Positions 9,647 through 18,732 of a stretch of DNA of 34,659 nt are shown here, in pieces. A model generated the notes under the pieces. That model was not told where the DNA came from and searched no databases. It saw nothing but the letters and a program-made list of their open reading frames with translations. A program made the translations under genes and the position numbers. The stretch is taken from positions 1 to 34,659 of the IMG/VR virus record IMGVR_UViG_3300036783_000349, one strand, 5' to 3'. The stretch's first letter is position 1, and every line of letters begins with the position of its first letter. Source of the DNA: a virus (Duplodnaviria; Caudoviricetes).

Positions 9647-10732
9647 TTAGGCTGTCGTTTTTAAGTTATTCTGCGCTTTGCTGGTCGATAAACGCTTACT
9701 CATCCTGATGATTGGCTTTTCAATACCGATATGGCACAGCCAGGATAGAATCAGCAATACCCCCAGCAGTCCCAGACCAGATAAAATGAGTTGTTGATCG
9801 GTCACACCCGGCGTAACAACAAGCTTTCTGAAATAAAGAAATGAAACCCCATGCAGTAAATATAACGGATAGGATACATCGCCTAAAAATTTTAACAGTA
9901 GATGCAATGGTTTAATGCTTTGCAAATCGCCAATAAGGAAGAATGCTGAACACAGCCCTAACGTTAAAAGGCTAAACACGATCTTTGTCGAACCTGTAAT
10001 AATATTAATCTGATCACCACTTACGGGGTAACACACAAAGGCTGTGAACAATAACAATGCAGTCAGGACCATTATTTTTCTATTTTGTCCAACAAGCGGC
10101 AAAAGCCACTTTGCAGCAAGTACGCCGAGGGAAAAGTAATACACCTGATTCATTGGGTCAATATAGATTGCCCATTGCTTAGAGAGCGTGGTCGTTGGGT
10201 CTATAAAATAAAATGCGCAATAAACGAGTAAAGCCGCTGATGCAGAAAGTAGCAAAACGGACAATACTTTATTGTTTGCCATCAAAATAAAGAGAGGGAA
10301 CAGTAAGTAAAACACAACCTCATTGCCAATGGACCAGCCGCCCATAATCATATATTCAGTGGGATTTGTAAGACCGAAAATAAGAAATATATTCTGAATA
10401 TATTTCCAGCCATCTATAACAAAGCCGTTATAATACTGAAAGCAAAAAATAGTATAAACAATAAGCGGAACCCAATAGACAGGAGCGAGCCTTAAAAATC
10501 GCCGTAATATAAATACACCATACTGAGGGACAGTCCATTTATCTTTACGATGCGCAAGATAAAGTGCCATTCCACTGATAACATAAAATGCCGTCACAGC
10601 ATAAATCCCCAAACGTCCTAAAATGGTGCTGGAATCTGTCATCCCCCAAGTGGTGAACTGCGTCGAAAAGTGGTAAATCACAATGCTCAGTGACATCAAA
10701 CCACGTAAATAGTCAATTGATTGAATGCGCAT
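9647..10732 (-). CDS. Membrane O-acyltransferase (acyltransferase-3/OafA-Oac family), moron
   Basis: 'IDYLRG...VIYH', 'FYVISG', 'RRFLRLAPVY', 'WSIGNEVVFY' and 'LGDVSYPLYLLH' motifs; about 10 TM segments; AT-rich; ATG at 10732 preferred over TTG at 10738. Confidence 0.9.
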   Translation of the reverse strand: MRIQSIDYLRGLMSLSIVIYHFSTQFTTWGMTDSSTILGRLGIYAVTAFYVISGMALYLAHRKDKWTVPQYGVFILRRFLRLAPVYWVPLIVYTIFCFQYYNGFVIDGWKYIQNIFLIFGLTNPTEYMIMGGWSIGNEVVFYLLFPLFILMANNKVLSVLLLSASAALLVYCAFYFIDPTTTLSKQWAIYIDPMNQVYYFSLGVLAAKWLLPLVGQNRKIMVLTALLLFTAFVCYPVSGDQINIITGSTKIVFSLLTLGLCSAFFLIGDLQSIKPLHLLLKFLGDVSYPLYLLHGVSFLYFRKLVVTPGVTDQQLILSGLGLLGVLLILSWLCHIGIEKPIIRMSKRLSTSKAQNNLKTTA

Positions 10733-10792
10733 AGCCAAGTCTCAAGGTGCTCTATGCGCATAATCTACCAAATCAGGGGTTAAAAGCCCAAC

Positions 10793-11197
10793 CTACCCAA
10801 GGGGTTTCTCCGGCCACACAACATGCGGCGCAGGAGTAATATCTACACGACGGAGTATTACACGGTAAGCTTTCCATTTCAGAAGAAGTCCCTTTTCTGC
10901 TTCATTCGCCATTTCGAGATCGGCAGCGTCCTGTAATGTATCAATGATCATGGTGCAGTCGGTTAGCAAAGCGCTTTTTGTCTGTTCTGCCTCCATCATG
11001 GCATCTACACCAGATTGCTCAGACACTGCTGGCGGTGTAAAAATCCCCTGATGATAATAGCTGCCAATCACACAATTGTCAGAATTACAGGCAATGACTT
11101 CCATGCCGTTAGGGCAATCCCACTCAGACACCCCGTCCCATTGAATGGTATTGAGAACCAAGCCCGTACTATCAATGACCGCATAAAAATTCATCAT
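10793..11197 (-). CDS. Tail fibre assembly chaperone (gpG/Tfa-like)
   Basis: C-terminal 'LQDAADLEMANEAEKGLLLKWKAYRVILRRVD...WPEKP'; ATG at 11197 overlaps the fibre stop. Confidence 0.85.
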   Translation of the reverse strand: MMNFYAVIDSTGLVLNTIQWDGVSEWDCPNGMEVIACNSDNCVIGSYYHQGIFTPPAVSEQSGVDAMMEAEQTKSALLTDCTMIIDTLQDAADLEMANEAEKGLLLKWKAYRVILRRVDITPAPHVVWPEKPLG

Positions 11198-12543
11198 GAG
11201 TACTCCCACACAACGACAACACCATTTGCCCCATTACCGCCTGCATGTGCGATGTCCGCCCCCCCCGCAAACCAGCTCTTAGCGCCAGAACCACCAGAAC
11301 CATATGCAGAAGCATTCGCCCCAGCCCCAGAACTAGTACCAGAGCCACCGCCTGCGCCAAAGAAAGAGCGACCGCCCATTCCCGTTACGCCGCCGGCTGA
11401 GTAAGCATTGTTTAATCGGATAGCAAAATAAAACGTCCCAGCATAACCGCTTGAGAATAGGTTTGCGCCCGTAACTATTGGCGGTGATAGTAATGTGGTA
11501 CCTTCAATACCGACAAATGAAACACCGGCTCCCTCTGGCATCCCTCCGCCACCATAGCCCCCGCCAGCAGTGAGAGTGCTGCCAAACGAAGTCATTCCGC
11601 CGCCACCTCCAGAGCCACCAACAACACCTTTCCCTCCCGTTCCAATCGTTACGGAATAGCTAGTTCCCAGTCCAGAAAAAAGTGACTTGCCATAGCACCC
11701 CTCAGCCCCTCCCGCCCCCAAACTAACGTTCCCTGATGTGGTTGCATAACTTCCCCCACCTGCGCCTCCCGCCCCTTGGACCTCAACAATGATCGTTTTT
11801 GTCCCTTTAGTCGGGGTATAAGTCCCCGAAGAAGTGAAAGTTTGCACATTCAGTAAGCGCCCCAAAAACTTTGAGTCCATTAAATTCAGAGCCGAGATCG
11901 CCGTTTGAACAAACGCCGTGGTAGCGAGCTGGGTTGTATTATTTCCTGCCGCTGCTGTCGGCGCTTTTGGGGTGCCGGTTAACGTCGGGCTGGCCTTTGG
12001 TGCGTACTGCGTATGCGGATCAGCAGCAGCAATATGCTTCGCCATCTGGTCATCCACATACACTTTTAACTCCAGCACCTTATCATCCACATACTTGCGG
12101 GTTGCCAGCACCACTGCAGGGTCAATTTTCAGGGTGATGTTATCGGTGCTACTGGTGATCAGCACCATGCGCACCGTCTGCGTGCGCCCGCTGCCCTCTG
12201 CCAGCTGCGGCTTGTAGCTTTCCGGGCAGTTACCGACGGCGATCAGTGCACCCGTTTCGTCAAACAGGCCGACCTCACGAATCCACCAACCGCCCTCCGT
12301 TTCGGGAATAACCTGCTCCGCGATAATCTGGCTGCTGTTCTGCGGGTCGATGTACAGCATATTGAGATCGGCACGGCGCTTTTCAGCAATCAGGGCTGTC
12401 TGCTGTGCGCTGGGTGTCGGCAACACACCGCCGCCATCGCCCACCGCCATTTTAGTAATTTTCAGCGGCACACCCAGCGCGGCGGCGCTTGCCAGTTTCG
12501 CCGCGCCGATCTCCGTCAGCAGGGTATAAAATTTTGCGCTCAT
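11194..12543 (-). CDS. H: Tail fibre gpH with Gly-rich C-terminal module
   Basis: P2-type N-terminus (KFYTLLTEIGAAKLA, GNCPESYKPQLAEGSGR), SPTLTGTPKAPT repeat, then 'FTSSGTYTP...VEVQGAGGAGG...GANGVVVVWEY'. Confidence 0.9.
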   Translation of the reverse strand: MSAKFYTLLTEIGAAKLASAAALGVPLKITKMAVGDGGGVLPTPSAQQTALIAEKRRADLNMLYIDPQNSSQIIAEQVIPETEGGWWIREVGLFDETGALIAVGNCPESYKPQLAEGSGRTQTVRMVLITSSTDNITLKIDPAVVLATRKYVDDKVLELKVYVDDQMAKHIAAADPHTQYAPKASPTLTGTPKAPTAAAGNNTTQLATTAFVQTAISALNLMDSKFLGRLLNVQTFTSSGTYTPTKGTKTIIVEVQGAGGAGGGSYATTSGNVSLGAGGAEGCYGKSLFSGLGTSYSVTIGTGGKGVVGGSGGGGGMTSFGSTLTAGGGYGGGGMPEGAGVSFVGIEGTTLLSPPIVTGANLFSSGYAGTFYFAIRLNNAYSAGGVTGMGGRSFFGAGGGSGTSSGAGANASAYGSGGSGAKSWFAGGADIAHAGGNGANGVVVVWEYS

Positions 12544-13145
12544 GGGTTCACTCTCATTGTGTCAATAACATGGACCGCCCCGCCTGCATACGCCGGGCCG
12601 CCGGAAGTAATGGTGTCGTTGATATACGGGTAAATGGTGATTTCTTCCCCGATGTAAGTTCCTGCCCCCACCCAAAACGGGCCACTGGTCTGCAGGTTGA
12701 TGGACATGCCGATCAGATGGCGGCTGCATGGCTTTGCATCGCTAATCAGGCGCTCCAGCTCCAGATAGGTTTCCTCTGTGATGCCCTGGTCCTGCACGCC
12801 AATATCCAGCCGGAACGTGCCGGGAGCCTCGTTGGTCTGCCACCATTCCAGAATGCGGATCAGAAATCCGAACGGCTCCACCACGCGCCGCACGGCACTG
12901 GTTGTGCCCTTGTGCTGATGGATGTAGAAAGCATCCTGCACCACCCGGCGCTTAACGCTTTCCGCCCAGCTTTCGTCCCAGCGGTCCACGGAGAACGCCC
13001 AGGCCAGATACGGCAGAAAACTGACCGGGCACGCCGCCGGGTTCCACAGGTCACGCAGTGGCACCTGCAGATCGGAAATACCGCTGCAGCTTTCCGCCAG
13101 ACGGCGTTCAAGCATGGACGAACCTGGCGGCAACAGGCTATTCAT
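12540..13145 (-). CDS. I: Baseplate/tail protein gpI
   Basis: Start reassigned to MNSLLPPGSS (13145); 'LPYLAWAFSVDRWD' and 'HKGT' motifs. Confidence 0.92.
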   Translation of the reverse strand: MNSLLPPGSSMLERRLAESCSGISDLQVPLRDLWNPAACPVSFLPYLAWAFSVDRWDESWAESVKRRVVQDAFYIHQHKGTTSAVRRVVEPFGFLIRILEWWQTNEAPGTFRLDIGVQDQGITEETYLELERLISDAKPCSRHLIGMSINLQTSGPFWVGAGTYIGEEITIYPYINDTITSGGPAYAGGAVHVIDTMRVNP

Positions 13146-14046
13146 CCGTGCCCCCGTTGGTAACGCTCCATTCCCTACAGGATGCCGCCTGCGTTTTATC
13201 CAGCACCACATCTTCCAGCGGTGAGGCCAGTTCAACGCGCTGTACACCTTCAACGTGCAGCGCGGCATAAATGGCGCTCAGGCGAATGTCACGCCCCAAC
13301 CGTGTCTGGCTGGCAATGTATTTCTGCAGGTTGGCCCTGGCTTCCGCCATTACCGGCTCTGCTTCCGGCCCCGGGTAAATAAAGATCGTAGCGTCCACGC
13401 TGTACGGGATAATTTCCGCGCTGCGCACTGTCAGACGGTCAGCCACCGGGCGCACGCTCTCGCTGTTGAGTGCCTTATCAACCACCGCCAGCAGATCAGC
13501 GCCTGCCGTGCCGTCACCCTCGCGGCTTAATACGGTAAGCACCACCTCCGCTGGGGCCGGGCTGGTTGCGCTGGCATCCGCCACGCGCCCGTCTGCGCTT
13601 TTAGCGTGAAACTCGTAGGCCGCCGTCGGCCCGGCGACGGACAACCCTTCAAAGGCTCCGGGGATACGCGGGCGCAATTCTTCGTCAGACTCGTACACCG
13701 CCGGGACGGGTGGCACGGCGTTATCATCTGCGGGCGTCACAATCAGGCGTTTCACGTTGTAGTTGGCGGCGAGCTGGTCAAGATCGGTATTACCGGAGTA
13801 AGCCACCATGACCGCCAGGGCCGCCTCATTAATACGCTGTAGCAGGAGAATTTCCCGGTAGGTATTTTCCTGCAGCTGTTTGGTGATTGGCTCAGACTCC
13901 AGCGCCAGCGTTCGCCGCACGGCGTCCTGCTGGTCCACCGGATAAAGCGCCACAAAAGACGCCTTACGCTCAGCCAGCAGAGTTTCAAAATCCGGCACTT
14001 TTACAATCTGCGGCGGCGGGAGTTGGGAAAGGTCAATGGCTGCCAC
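13138..14046 (-). CDS. J: Baseplate wedge gpJ
   Basis: GTG start at 14046 (IDLSQLPPP); 'EGLSVAGPTAAYEFHA' and 'VRPVADR' motifs. Confidence 0.92.
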   Translation of the reverse strand: MAAIDLSQLPPPQIVKVPDFETLLAERKASFVALYPVDQQDAVRRTLALESEPITKQLQENTYREILLLQRINEAALAVMVAYSGNTDLDQLAANYNVKRLIVTPADDNAVPPVPAVYESDEELRPRIPGAFEGLSVAGPTAAYEFHAKSADGRVADASATSPAPAEVVLTVLSREGDGTAGADLLAVVDKALNSESVRPVADRLTVRSAEIIPYSVDATIFIYPGPEAEPVMAEARANLQKYIASQTRLGRDIRLSAIYAALHVEGVQRVELASPLEDVVLDKTQAASCREWSVTNGGTDE

Positions 14047-14392
14047 TTTGTGCTCCTGTTGCAACAGAGAGAGAAACAGGCGTGCCGTCAGTGCGTCGTC
14101 CGGTCAGGTCCACGACCATGGAGCCGTCAAAGCCGCTGCCGATCGTGATTGCGTCGAGTGTTAGACGCGGCTCCCAGCGCATCAGCGCCACATAGACGGC
14201 ACTCATCATCTGCAGGCGCAGCGCCGGGTTTTGTGGCTGGTCAATCAGCGCGGACAGCAGCGAACCATATTCCCGGCGGGCAATGCGGCTGCCCTGCGGC
14301 GTGATCAGAATGTCCTTTACGGACTGATTAAGGTGCTCAGTGTCGGTTATGGCTTTGCCCGTGGCGCTGTTCATGCCGTAATACATCGTCAT
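14033..14392 (-). CDS. W: Baseplate gpW (gp25-like)
   Basis: 'QSVKDILITPQGSRIARREYGS' and 'RWEPRL' motifs. Confidence 0.93.
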   Translation of the reverse strand: MTMYYGMNSATGKAITDTEHLNQSVKDILITPQGSRIARREYGSLLSALIDQPQNPALRLQMMSAVYVALMRWEPRLTLDAITIGSGFDGSMVVDLTGRRTDGTPVSLSVATGAQSGSH

Positions 14393-14967
14393 ACCGGGCC
14401 TCCCGATGTGTCGCCGCCGGCCTTCACTTTGTTGTGCGCGTGATTATCCACCACGATCCCGTTGGAACTCATCGCGCCGCCGCCCTGGGTGACGCCACCA
14501 TTGATCACCACTTCACTGTTAATGCGGGTGGTGTCGGCTTCCACTACAAACTCCCCGGTTTTAAAGGTGACGTTATCTGCCGCCTCGATCACCATGGATT
14601 TAATACCCCGGACGTACCAGCGCCCGGTTTCGGGTTCGTACTCAAACCAGCCGCCGTCCGGGTATTCCATCACGCAGCCGTTCACGGAATCCGACGGCGG
14701 CGCAAACTGATTGGAGTAGATGGCAGGCAACGCAAAAGCAGTTTCCAGATTGCCGCCCATGCTCAGCACCACCACCTGCTCATCCGGAGAGGGACACCAC
14801 CAGGTGCGGCCGCTTCCGGCCCGCAGCGTCAGCCAGTTAATCCAGTTGGTTTCAAGCTCGCCTATCTTTACCCGGCACAGCCAGTTTTCCCGGTCCACTT
14901 CGGTCACGGTACCGGTGCGGATCAGGTTGGTGATAAGGCGCATGATTTCGGTTAGTTGTGCGTTCAT
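14389..14967 (-). CDS. V: Baseplate spike gpV
   Basis: 'NLIRTGTV', 'WWCPSPDEQV' and the C-terminal HxH iron-binding motif (NHAH). Confidence 0.93.
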   Translation of the reverse strand: MNAQLTEIMRLITNLIRTGTVTEVDRENWLCRVKIGELETNWINWLTLRAGSGRTWWCPSPDEQVVVLSMGGNLETAFALPAIYSNQFAPPSDSVNGCVMEYPDGGWFEYEPETGRWYVRGIKSMVIEAADNVTFKTGEFVVEADTTRINSEVVINGGVTQGGGAMSSNGIVVDNHAHNKVKAGGDTSGGPV

Positions 14968-15013
14968 AAAAAAAGCCTGACAGATCTTGGCAGGCTTTAG
15001 TATTTGGCAGAAT

Positions 15014-15031
15014 TGTTTGGTGAATCACACA
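15014..15031 (-). promoter_or_regulatory. Ogr-binding box of the V late promoter
   Basis: TGT-TTGGTGAATCAC-ACA fits TGT-N12-ACA, upstream of V. Confidence 0.75.
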
Positions 15032-15044
15032 ATGATGAGGAATA

Positions 15045-15848
15045 TTAACGATTAAGTGCCGTTCTCAACAAATCGATATTGAAATTAATATCAACGTCTA
15101 CATAAGTGTGAATTCCTCTCGTTCCGCCACCCATTCTAGATCCACCAATTTGGTAGCTAACTACGTGATTCAGACCTCCATCTATAATCTTGAAAATTTG
15201 ATCTGCAATTACTTGTTCGGTGCTTGTTTTAATCGTGAAGTTTTTCAATGTTGCTATTCCTACTTGCTGCTTTAAATTTTTTTTATTTTCAGCATCAACC
15301 CCAAATAGCTCAAGTATCGTTGTTACCTTATCCACGAGCATATAATCTTTCTCAAACTCAACGACCTGATCCGCTAATGCATCAAAATCAGTTTTTAACC
15401 GCCCCCGGCCACCGACTGCCATCTGAAGAGATTTGAACGCGAACTCCAATTTTGAGGATAAATTTGCTTCAATAGAATTCAAATTACAGATAGGTTGAGG
15501 CAAATCTTTGAAGTTCATACCTGAGTGACAAAAAGGGAGTGCAGGGATTTCTATGTCTCCCTTCCGTTGGCTGATCGTATTTCTAATCCAAACGGCGCCT
15601 AGTTCGAAGCTAATCCAGCTTCTTTGTACTGATATAGGACTAATTAAGTAGATCGCGGCTATACAATCAACAAGTCCATCTTCAATTACTTTCAGAAAAT
15701 TTTGACCAGCTTTAATCGTTTCGCCATCAGAAGAAACAAATACCTTAACAAATCCAGAAAATTCATCCTCAATTGCATCTTTGATGATTTTTGCTAGTTT
15801 TTTTTCTTCCGTAATATGAGATAAAAAAATCAATTTATCAGACATCAC
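15045..15848 (-). CDS. TIR-domain protein (moron between S and V)
   Basis: 'IFLSH..EEKKLA', 'VFVSS...IKAGQNF', 'LISPISVQRSWISFELG' with the catalytic-position Glu; AT-rich; GGGAG SD upstream. Confidence 0.85.
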   Translation of the reverse strand: MMSDKLIFLSHITEEKKLAKIIKDAIEDEFSGFVKVFVSSDGETIKAGQNFLKVIEDGLVDCIAAIYLISPISVQRSWISFELGAVWIRNTISQRKGDIEIPALPFCHSGMNFKDLPQPICNLNSIEANLSSKLEFAFKSLQMAVGGRGRLKTDFDALADQVVEFEKDYMLVDKVTTILELFGVDAENKKNLKQQVGIATLKNFTIKTSTEQVIADQIFKIIDGGLNHVVSYQIGGSRMGGGTRGIHTYVDVDINFNIDLLRTALNR

Positions 15849-15949
15849 AATACTCCCTATCAGACTGAAAGGTAGGCAATTTAGCAGGAATACAAGAGCA
15901 GAAATAGGATGAAGATCATGGTGGTTGCAACCTCCTGCGGCTTTCTCTT

Positions 15950-16405
15950 TTAAGTTGCTCCTTTAGAAATCCATTTTAACAAAGCGTCTATGGTTAACGT
16001 TTCAGTCTCGTAATTGACTCCCAACAACCGCCGCTCTGCATATCGCACCTCCGGTCCCCTACGGCTTACACGATCCCGTAAGCCGTAATGATGCACCCGC
16101 GCAATACGCTTAACCTGCCCGGCAAACTCAACGCTGGCTGAGTCAGCCGTTGCGGCGGTTTTCAGGTATTTCGTGGTGCGGAGCCTGGCGAACATCTGCC
16201 GCTTGATACGGCCCTTTTTCGTTCGGGCCGTCACCCTGCGCGGCTCGTAGCCGGTTCCGTCAGGATTGCGCTGCAGGCGGATGTTGTTCTGCTGGGTTCG
16301 GCGCAGCTGTTGCGCCAGTTCCCGCATCATGCGCTTGCGCGCCGCTGGCTCCAGATTTGCCAGCAGCGCTGTCAGCCAGGCATCGACTTTCTGCAGCTCA
16401 TCCAC
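15950..16405 (-). CDS. S: Virion morphogenesis/tail completion gpS
   Basis: 'QRNPDGTGYEPR', 'RIARVHHYGL' and 'YAERRLLG' motifs. Confidence 0.92.
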   Translation of the reverse strand: MDELQKVDAWLTALLANLEPAARKRMMRELAQQLRRTQQNNIRLQRNPDGTGYEPRRVTARTKKGRIKRQMFARLRTTKYLKTAATADSASVEFAGQVKRIARVHHYGLRDRVSRRGPEVRYAERRLLGVNYETETLTIDALLKWISKGAT

Positions 16406-16829
16406 GGCTCATCGTCCACATTTCTTCTGGTACATCTGGCTCAGGCTCCGCCTTAACGATTGAGGTTCCGCCCTCCGCGCTCACCAGGATGCGCTCCGTC
16501 AGCTGCAGGTCCAGACTGATGTCGCAAATGTCATTGCGCAGAATATCCACCTCAAAAGAAAACAACTTTTCGCGCCATTCCGGGTTATTGATGGCATCAG
16601 GCTGATTCTCCATCAGCCACAGCAGCACCGGGGCCATCAGCAGATTTTGATCGCCGCTGAAATCTTCAATCACCACATTCAGGGTGTAACGGTATTCCCA
16701 CGACATGGAGCTGGCCCCGGTTGCCACCAGGGAGCCTTTATCCACAAACAGGTGCAGCTTGTCCGGGTTCTCCCGGACGTAAGCCACCGCCTTATTCAGC
16801 GCGGCGCGTAGGGACTGCGGCTTGTTCAC
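16398..16829 (-). CDS. R: Tail completion gpR
   Basis: GTG start at 16829 (NKPQSLRAAL); 'NPDKLHLFVD' and 'LQLTER' motifs. Confidence 0.92.
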   Translation of the reverse strand: MNKPQSLRAALNKAVAYVRENPDKLHLFVDKGSLVATGASSMSWEYRYTLNVVIEDFSGDQNLLMAPVLLWLMENQPDAINNPEWREKLFSFEVDILRNDICDISLDLQLTERILVSAEGGTSIVKAEPEPDVPEEMWTMSRG

Positions 16830-17082
16830 TGTCTCGCTCCTGGCAGGACACAATAGTGTCCACTTTGTCTGCACAGACCGCCCAGGCGGCCTCCGTTTCA
16901 TCCAGCAGGCTCAGCAGGTCGCCGTTACTGCGCGGCGCTGACCTTTCCAGGCGGCACTGCGTCACCTTTGGGCAGCCACTCACGGTAAGCTGCACCTCCG
17001 GTGATGGCGGGTCTTTCGCGCAGCCTGACAACATCAGGAGGCAAAAGAGTGTCAGCCCAGCGGCGCAAATCTTCGATTTCAC
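16792..17082 (-). CDS. lysC: o-spanin LysC (lipoprotein)
   Basis: GTG start at 17082 gives 96 aa; lipobox LSGC; 'CPKVTQC' and 'AWAVCADKVD'; overlaps lysB. Confidence 0.87.
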   Translation of the reverse strand: MKSKICAAGLTLFCLLMLSGCAKDPPSPEVQLTVSGCPKVTQCRLERSAPRSNGDLLSLLDETEAAWAVCADKVDTIVSCQERDSEQAAVPTRRAE

Positions 17083-17353
17083 GTTTAAGCTCCTCGATCC
17101 GGTTCTGGCGCTGATGCAGCAAAGAGCGCGTATCCTCTGCCGCCGCATAGAGCCGTGTCTGCTCCCGGCTGTTGGCTTCGGTCAGAATGGACAGGCCGAT
17201 CAGCTGGCTATTTTTCTTCGTCAACTCCAGGGTTTTACTGTTCAGCGCAGCCCCCTGAGTTTCGATGATGTGGCTGGCGTTATTGAGCCGCCATGCCTGC
17301 CAACCCAGTACGGCTAACATCAGAGCCAGAAAAGTAGAATATAAGCGTGTCAT
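16925..17353 (-). CDS. lysB: i-spanin LysB
   Basis: N-terminal TM, coiled coil, 'LRRWADTLLPPDVVRL'. Confidence 0.9.
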   Translation of the reverse strand: MTRLYSTFLALMLAVLGWQAWRLNNASHIIETQGAALNSKTLELTKKNSQLIGLSILTEANSREQTRLYAAAEDTRSLLHQRQNRIEELKREIEDLRRWADTLLPPDVVRLRERPAITGGAAYREWLPKGDAVPPGKVSAAQ

Positions 17354-17865
17354 GCAGAAACGCCTTTTAAGCACCAGGCCATTTCCCGCGCGCGGCGGTT
17401 GTCCAGCCCCTGATTAAACACACCTTTGACATACACCCAGCGCGGCAGCTGGCGGCACGCCTCTGCCCAGCGCTGCTGATTGAGCAACTTAACCAGCGTG
17501 GAGCTGCAGGCATTGCCCGTGCCGACGTTGAACGCGAACGACACCACCGCGTCATAGACCTTTTGCGGCATCGTCTGCTGCACGCATTTTTCCAGGGCCC
17601 TTTCCACTTTCACTACGTTAGTGATGAGCCCCTGCGCCGCCTGCCGTTCGTTGATGGTCCGGCCCGGCACCACGCCGGAGGTATTACCGATACCATCGGT
17701 CCACACACCCGCGCTGCACTGGTACGGCTGCAGGCGGCAGCCCTCGTAATCCGCAATCAGTTTCAGGCCATCCAGTGACGTATGGAGGGTCTGAAAGCCG
17801 GGCAGCGTGGCGGCGATTGCCAGCACCGCACCCACCAGGCAGCGCTTAACGATTGATGGATTCAT
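17350..17865 (-). CDS. Endolysin (GH24 lysozyme, probable SAR type)
   Basis: MNPSIVKRCLVGAVLAIAA weakly hydrophobic N-terminus; 'EGCRLQPYQCSAGVWTDGIG' and 'FNVG' motifs. Confidence 0.9.
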   Translation of the reverse strand: MNPSIVKRCLVGAVLAIAATLPGFQTLHTSLDGLKLIADYEGCRLQPYQCSAGVWTDGIGNTSGVVPGRTINERQAAQGLITNVVKVERALEKCVQQTMPQKVYDAVVSFAFNVGTGNACSSTLVKLLNQQRWAEACRQLPRWVYVKGVFNQGLDNRRAREMAWCLKGVSA

Positions 17866-18061
17866 ACGCCTCCCGCGATAGCTTCCCGTCACGCAGCAGC
17901 TGGAAAGTCCTGTGTTTGTAATACCAGTTGATCAGCAGCATCAGCGCGCCAATCAACACGCCGCCTACCGTGGAGGCATCCTTGAGAGACATGTCCCCCA
18001 TCCATGCCAGCACAACGGCGATGCAGTACGTGATAAAGGCGCTGATTCTTTCAAGCGTCAT
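17846..18061 (-). CDS. Holin (HP1-like)
   Basis: 71 aa with TM segments and 'INWYYK'; immediately upstream of the endolysin. Confidence 0.82.
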   Translation of the reverse strand: MTLERISAFITYCIAVVLAWMGDMSLKDASTVGGVLIGALMLLINWYYKHRTFQLLRDGKLSREAYESINR

Positions 18062-18064
18062 GAT

Positions 18065-18268
18065 TCAGTCCCATAGCTGAACGGTCTGCACGGTGGGTGT
18101 TTCCGTTATATCCGGCAGCTCCACCTGCAGCCCGTGAGGTAAAAAGGGGCCGTATTCAGCCAGCCCCGGATTTGCCCGCAATACCTGCTCAGTGACACCC
18201 TGCGTGCGCCCGTAATAACGCCAGCACAGCGCGTCCACGGTGTCATACTGATACGCACGCACTTTCAT
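18065..18268 (-). CDS. X: Tail protein gpX (LysM-like)
   Basis: 'DTVDALCWRYYGRT...ANPGLA...VQLWD'. Confidence 0.93.
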   Translation of the reverse strand: MKVRAYQYDTVDALCWRYYGRTQGVTEQVLRANPGLAEYGPFLPHGLQVELPDITETPTVQTVQLWD

Positions 18269-18732
18269 CAGATAAGCTCCACCGTGCAGTGCGGCGCATC
18301 CTGCACCCGGCTGATAGCCCAGCGGGCATCACGCCATAGATCGGCACTGGCTTCTGCCAGCTCATCACCGCGCTTTACCGCTGACGCCGTAGCGTCATAG
18401 TCCTGATAGCGCTCATTGAGTACCGCCCGCGCCCAGCAATACACCGCATTGCCGTAGTGGTGCAGGCGCTCGCTTTTGCCGTCCAGTTCTTCTGCGGGCA
18501 CGTCAGTCAGCATCCGATAGCCCAGCGCCTGCTGACGCTGGCGGAAGGTGTACAGCTCCGCGTTGACCTCTGATATTGCCGTGAGCGCCAGCTGTTTCAG
18601 CCGGGCGGGCGTCACCGTGCCGTCAGTGCGCATCACGCTGCGAAATTCGCACAGGTCCACATCGGGCCAGAACGGCGTATTTTTGATGACCTCCGCCTGC
18701 TCCGGGGCCTGTTCAGGCGCAACAAACTGCAT
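18268..18732 (-). CDS. L: Head completion protein gpL
   Basis: Start reassigned to MQFVAPEQ (18732, SD GGAG upstream); 'NTPFWPDV' and 'WRDARWAI' motifs. Confidence 0.9.
   Translation of the reverse strand: MQFVAPEQAPEQAEVIKNTPFWPDVDLCEFRSVMRTDGTVTPARLKQLALTAISEVNAELYTFRQRQQALGYRMLTDVPAEELDGKSERLHHYGNAVYCWARAVLNERYQDYDATASAVKRGDELAEASADLWRDARWAISRVQDAPHCTVELI

Noticed and set aside
11259-11266. G8 tract on the coding strand near the fibre C-terminus as a phase-variation switch
   Set aside because: In frame and explained by Ala-Gly-Gly-Ala codons in a Gly-rich domain; no evidence of length variation from one sequence.
9600-12543. Invertible tail-fibre cassette or diversity-generating retroelement
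   Set aside because: No invertase, no inverted second fibre tip, no reverse transcriptase and no template/variable repeat pair seen.
15045-15848. Calling the TIR gene Thoeris or CBASS
   Set aside because: No ThsA effector or nucleotide cyclase is present in the window.
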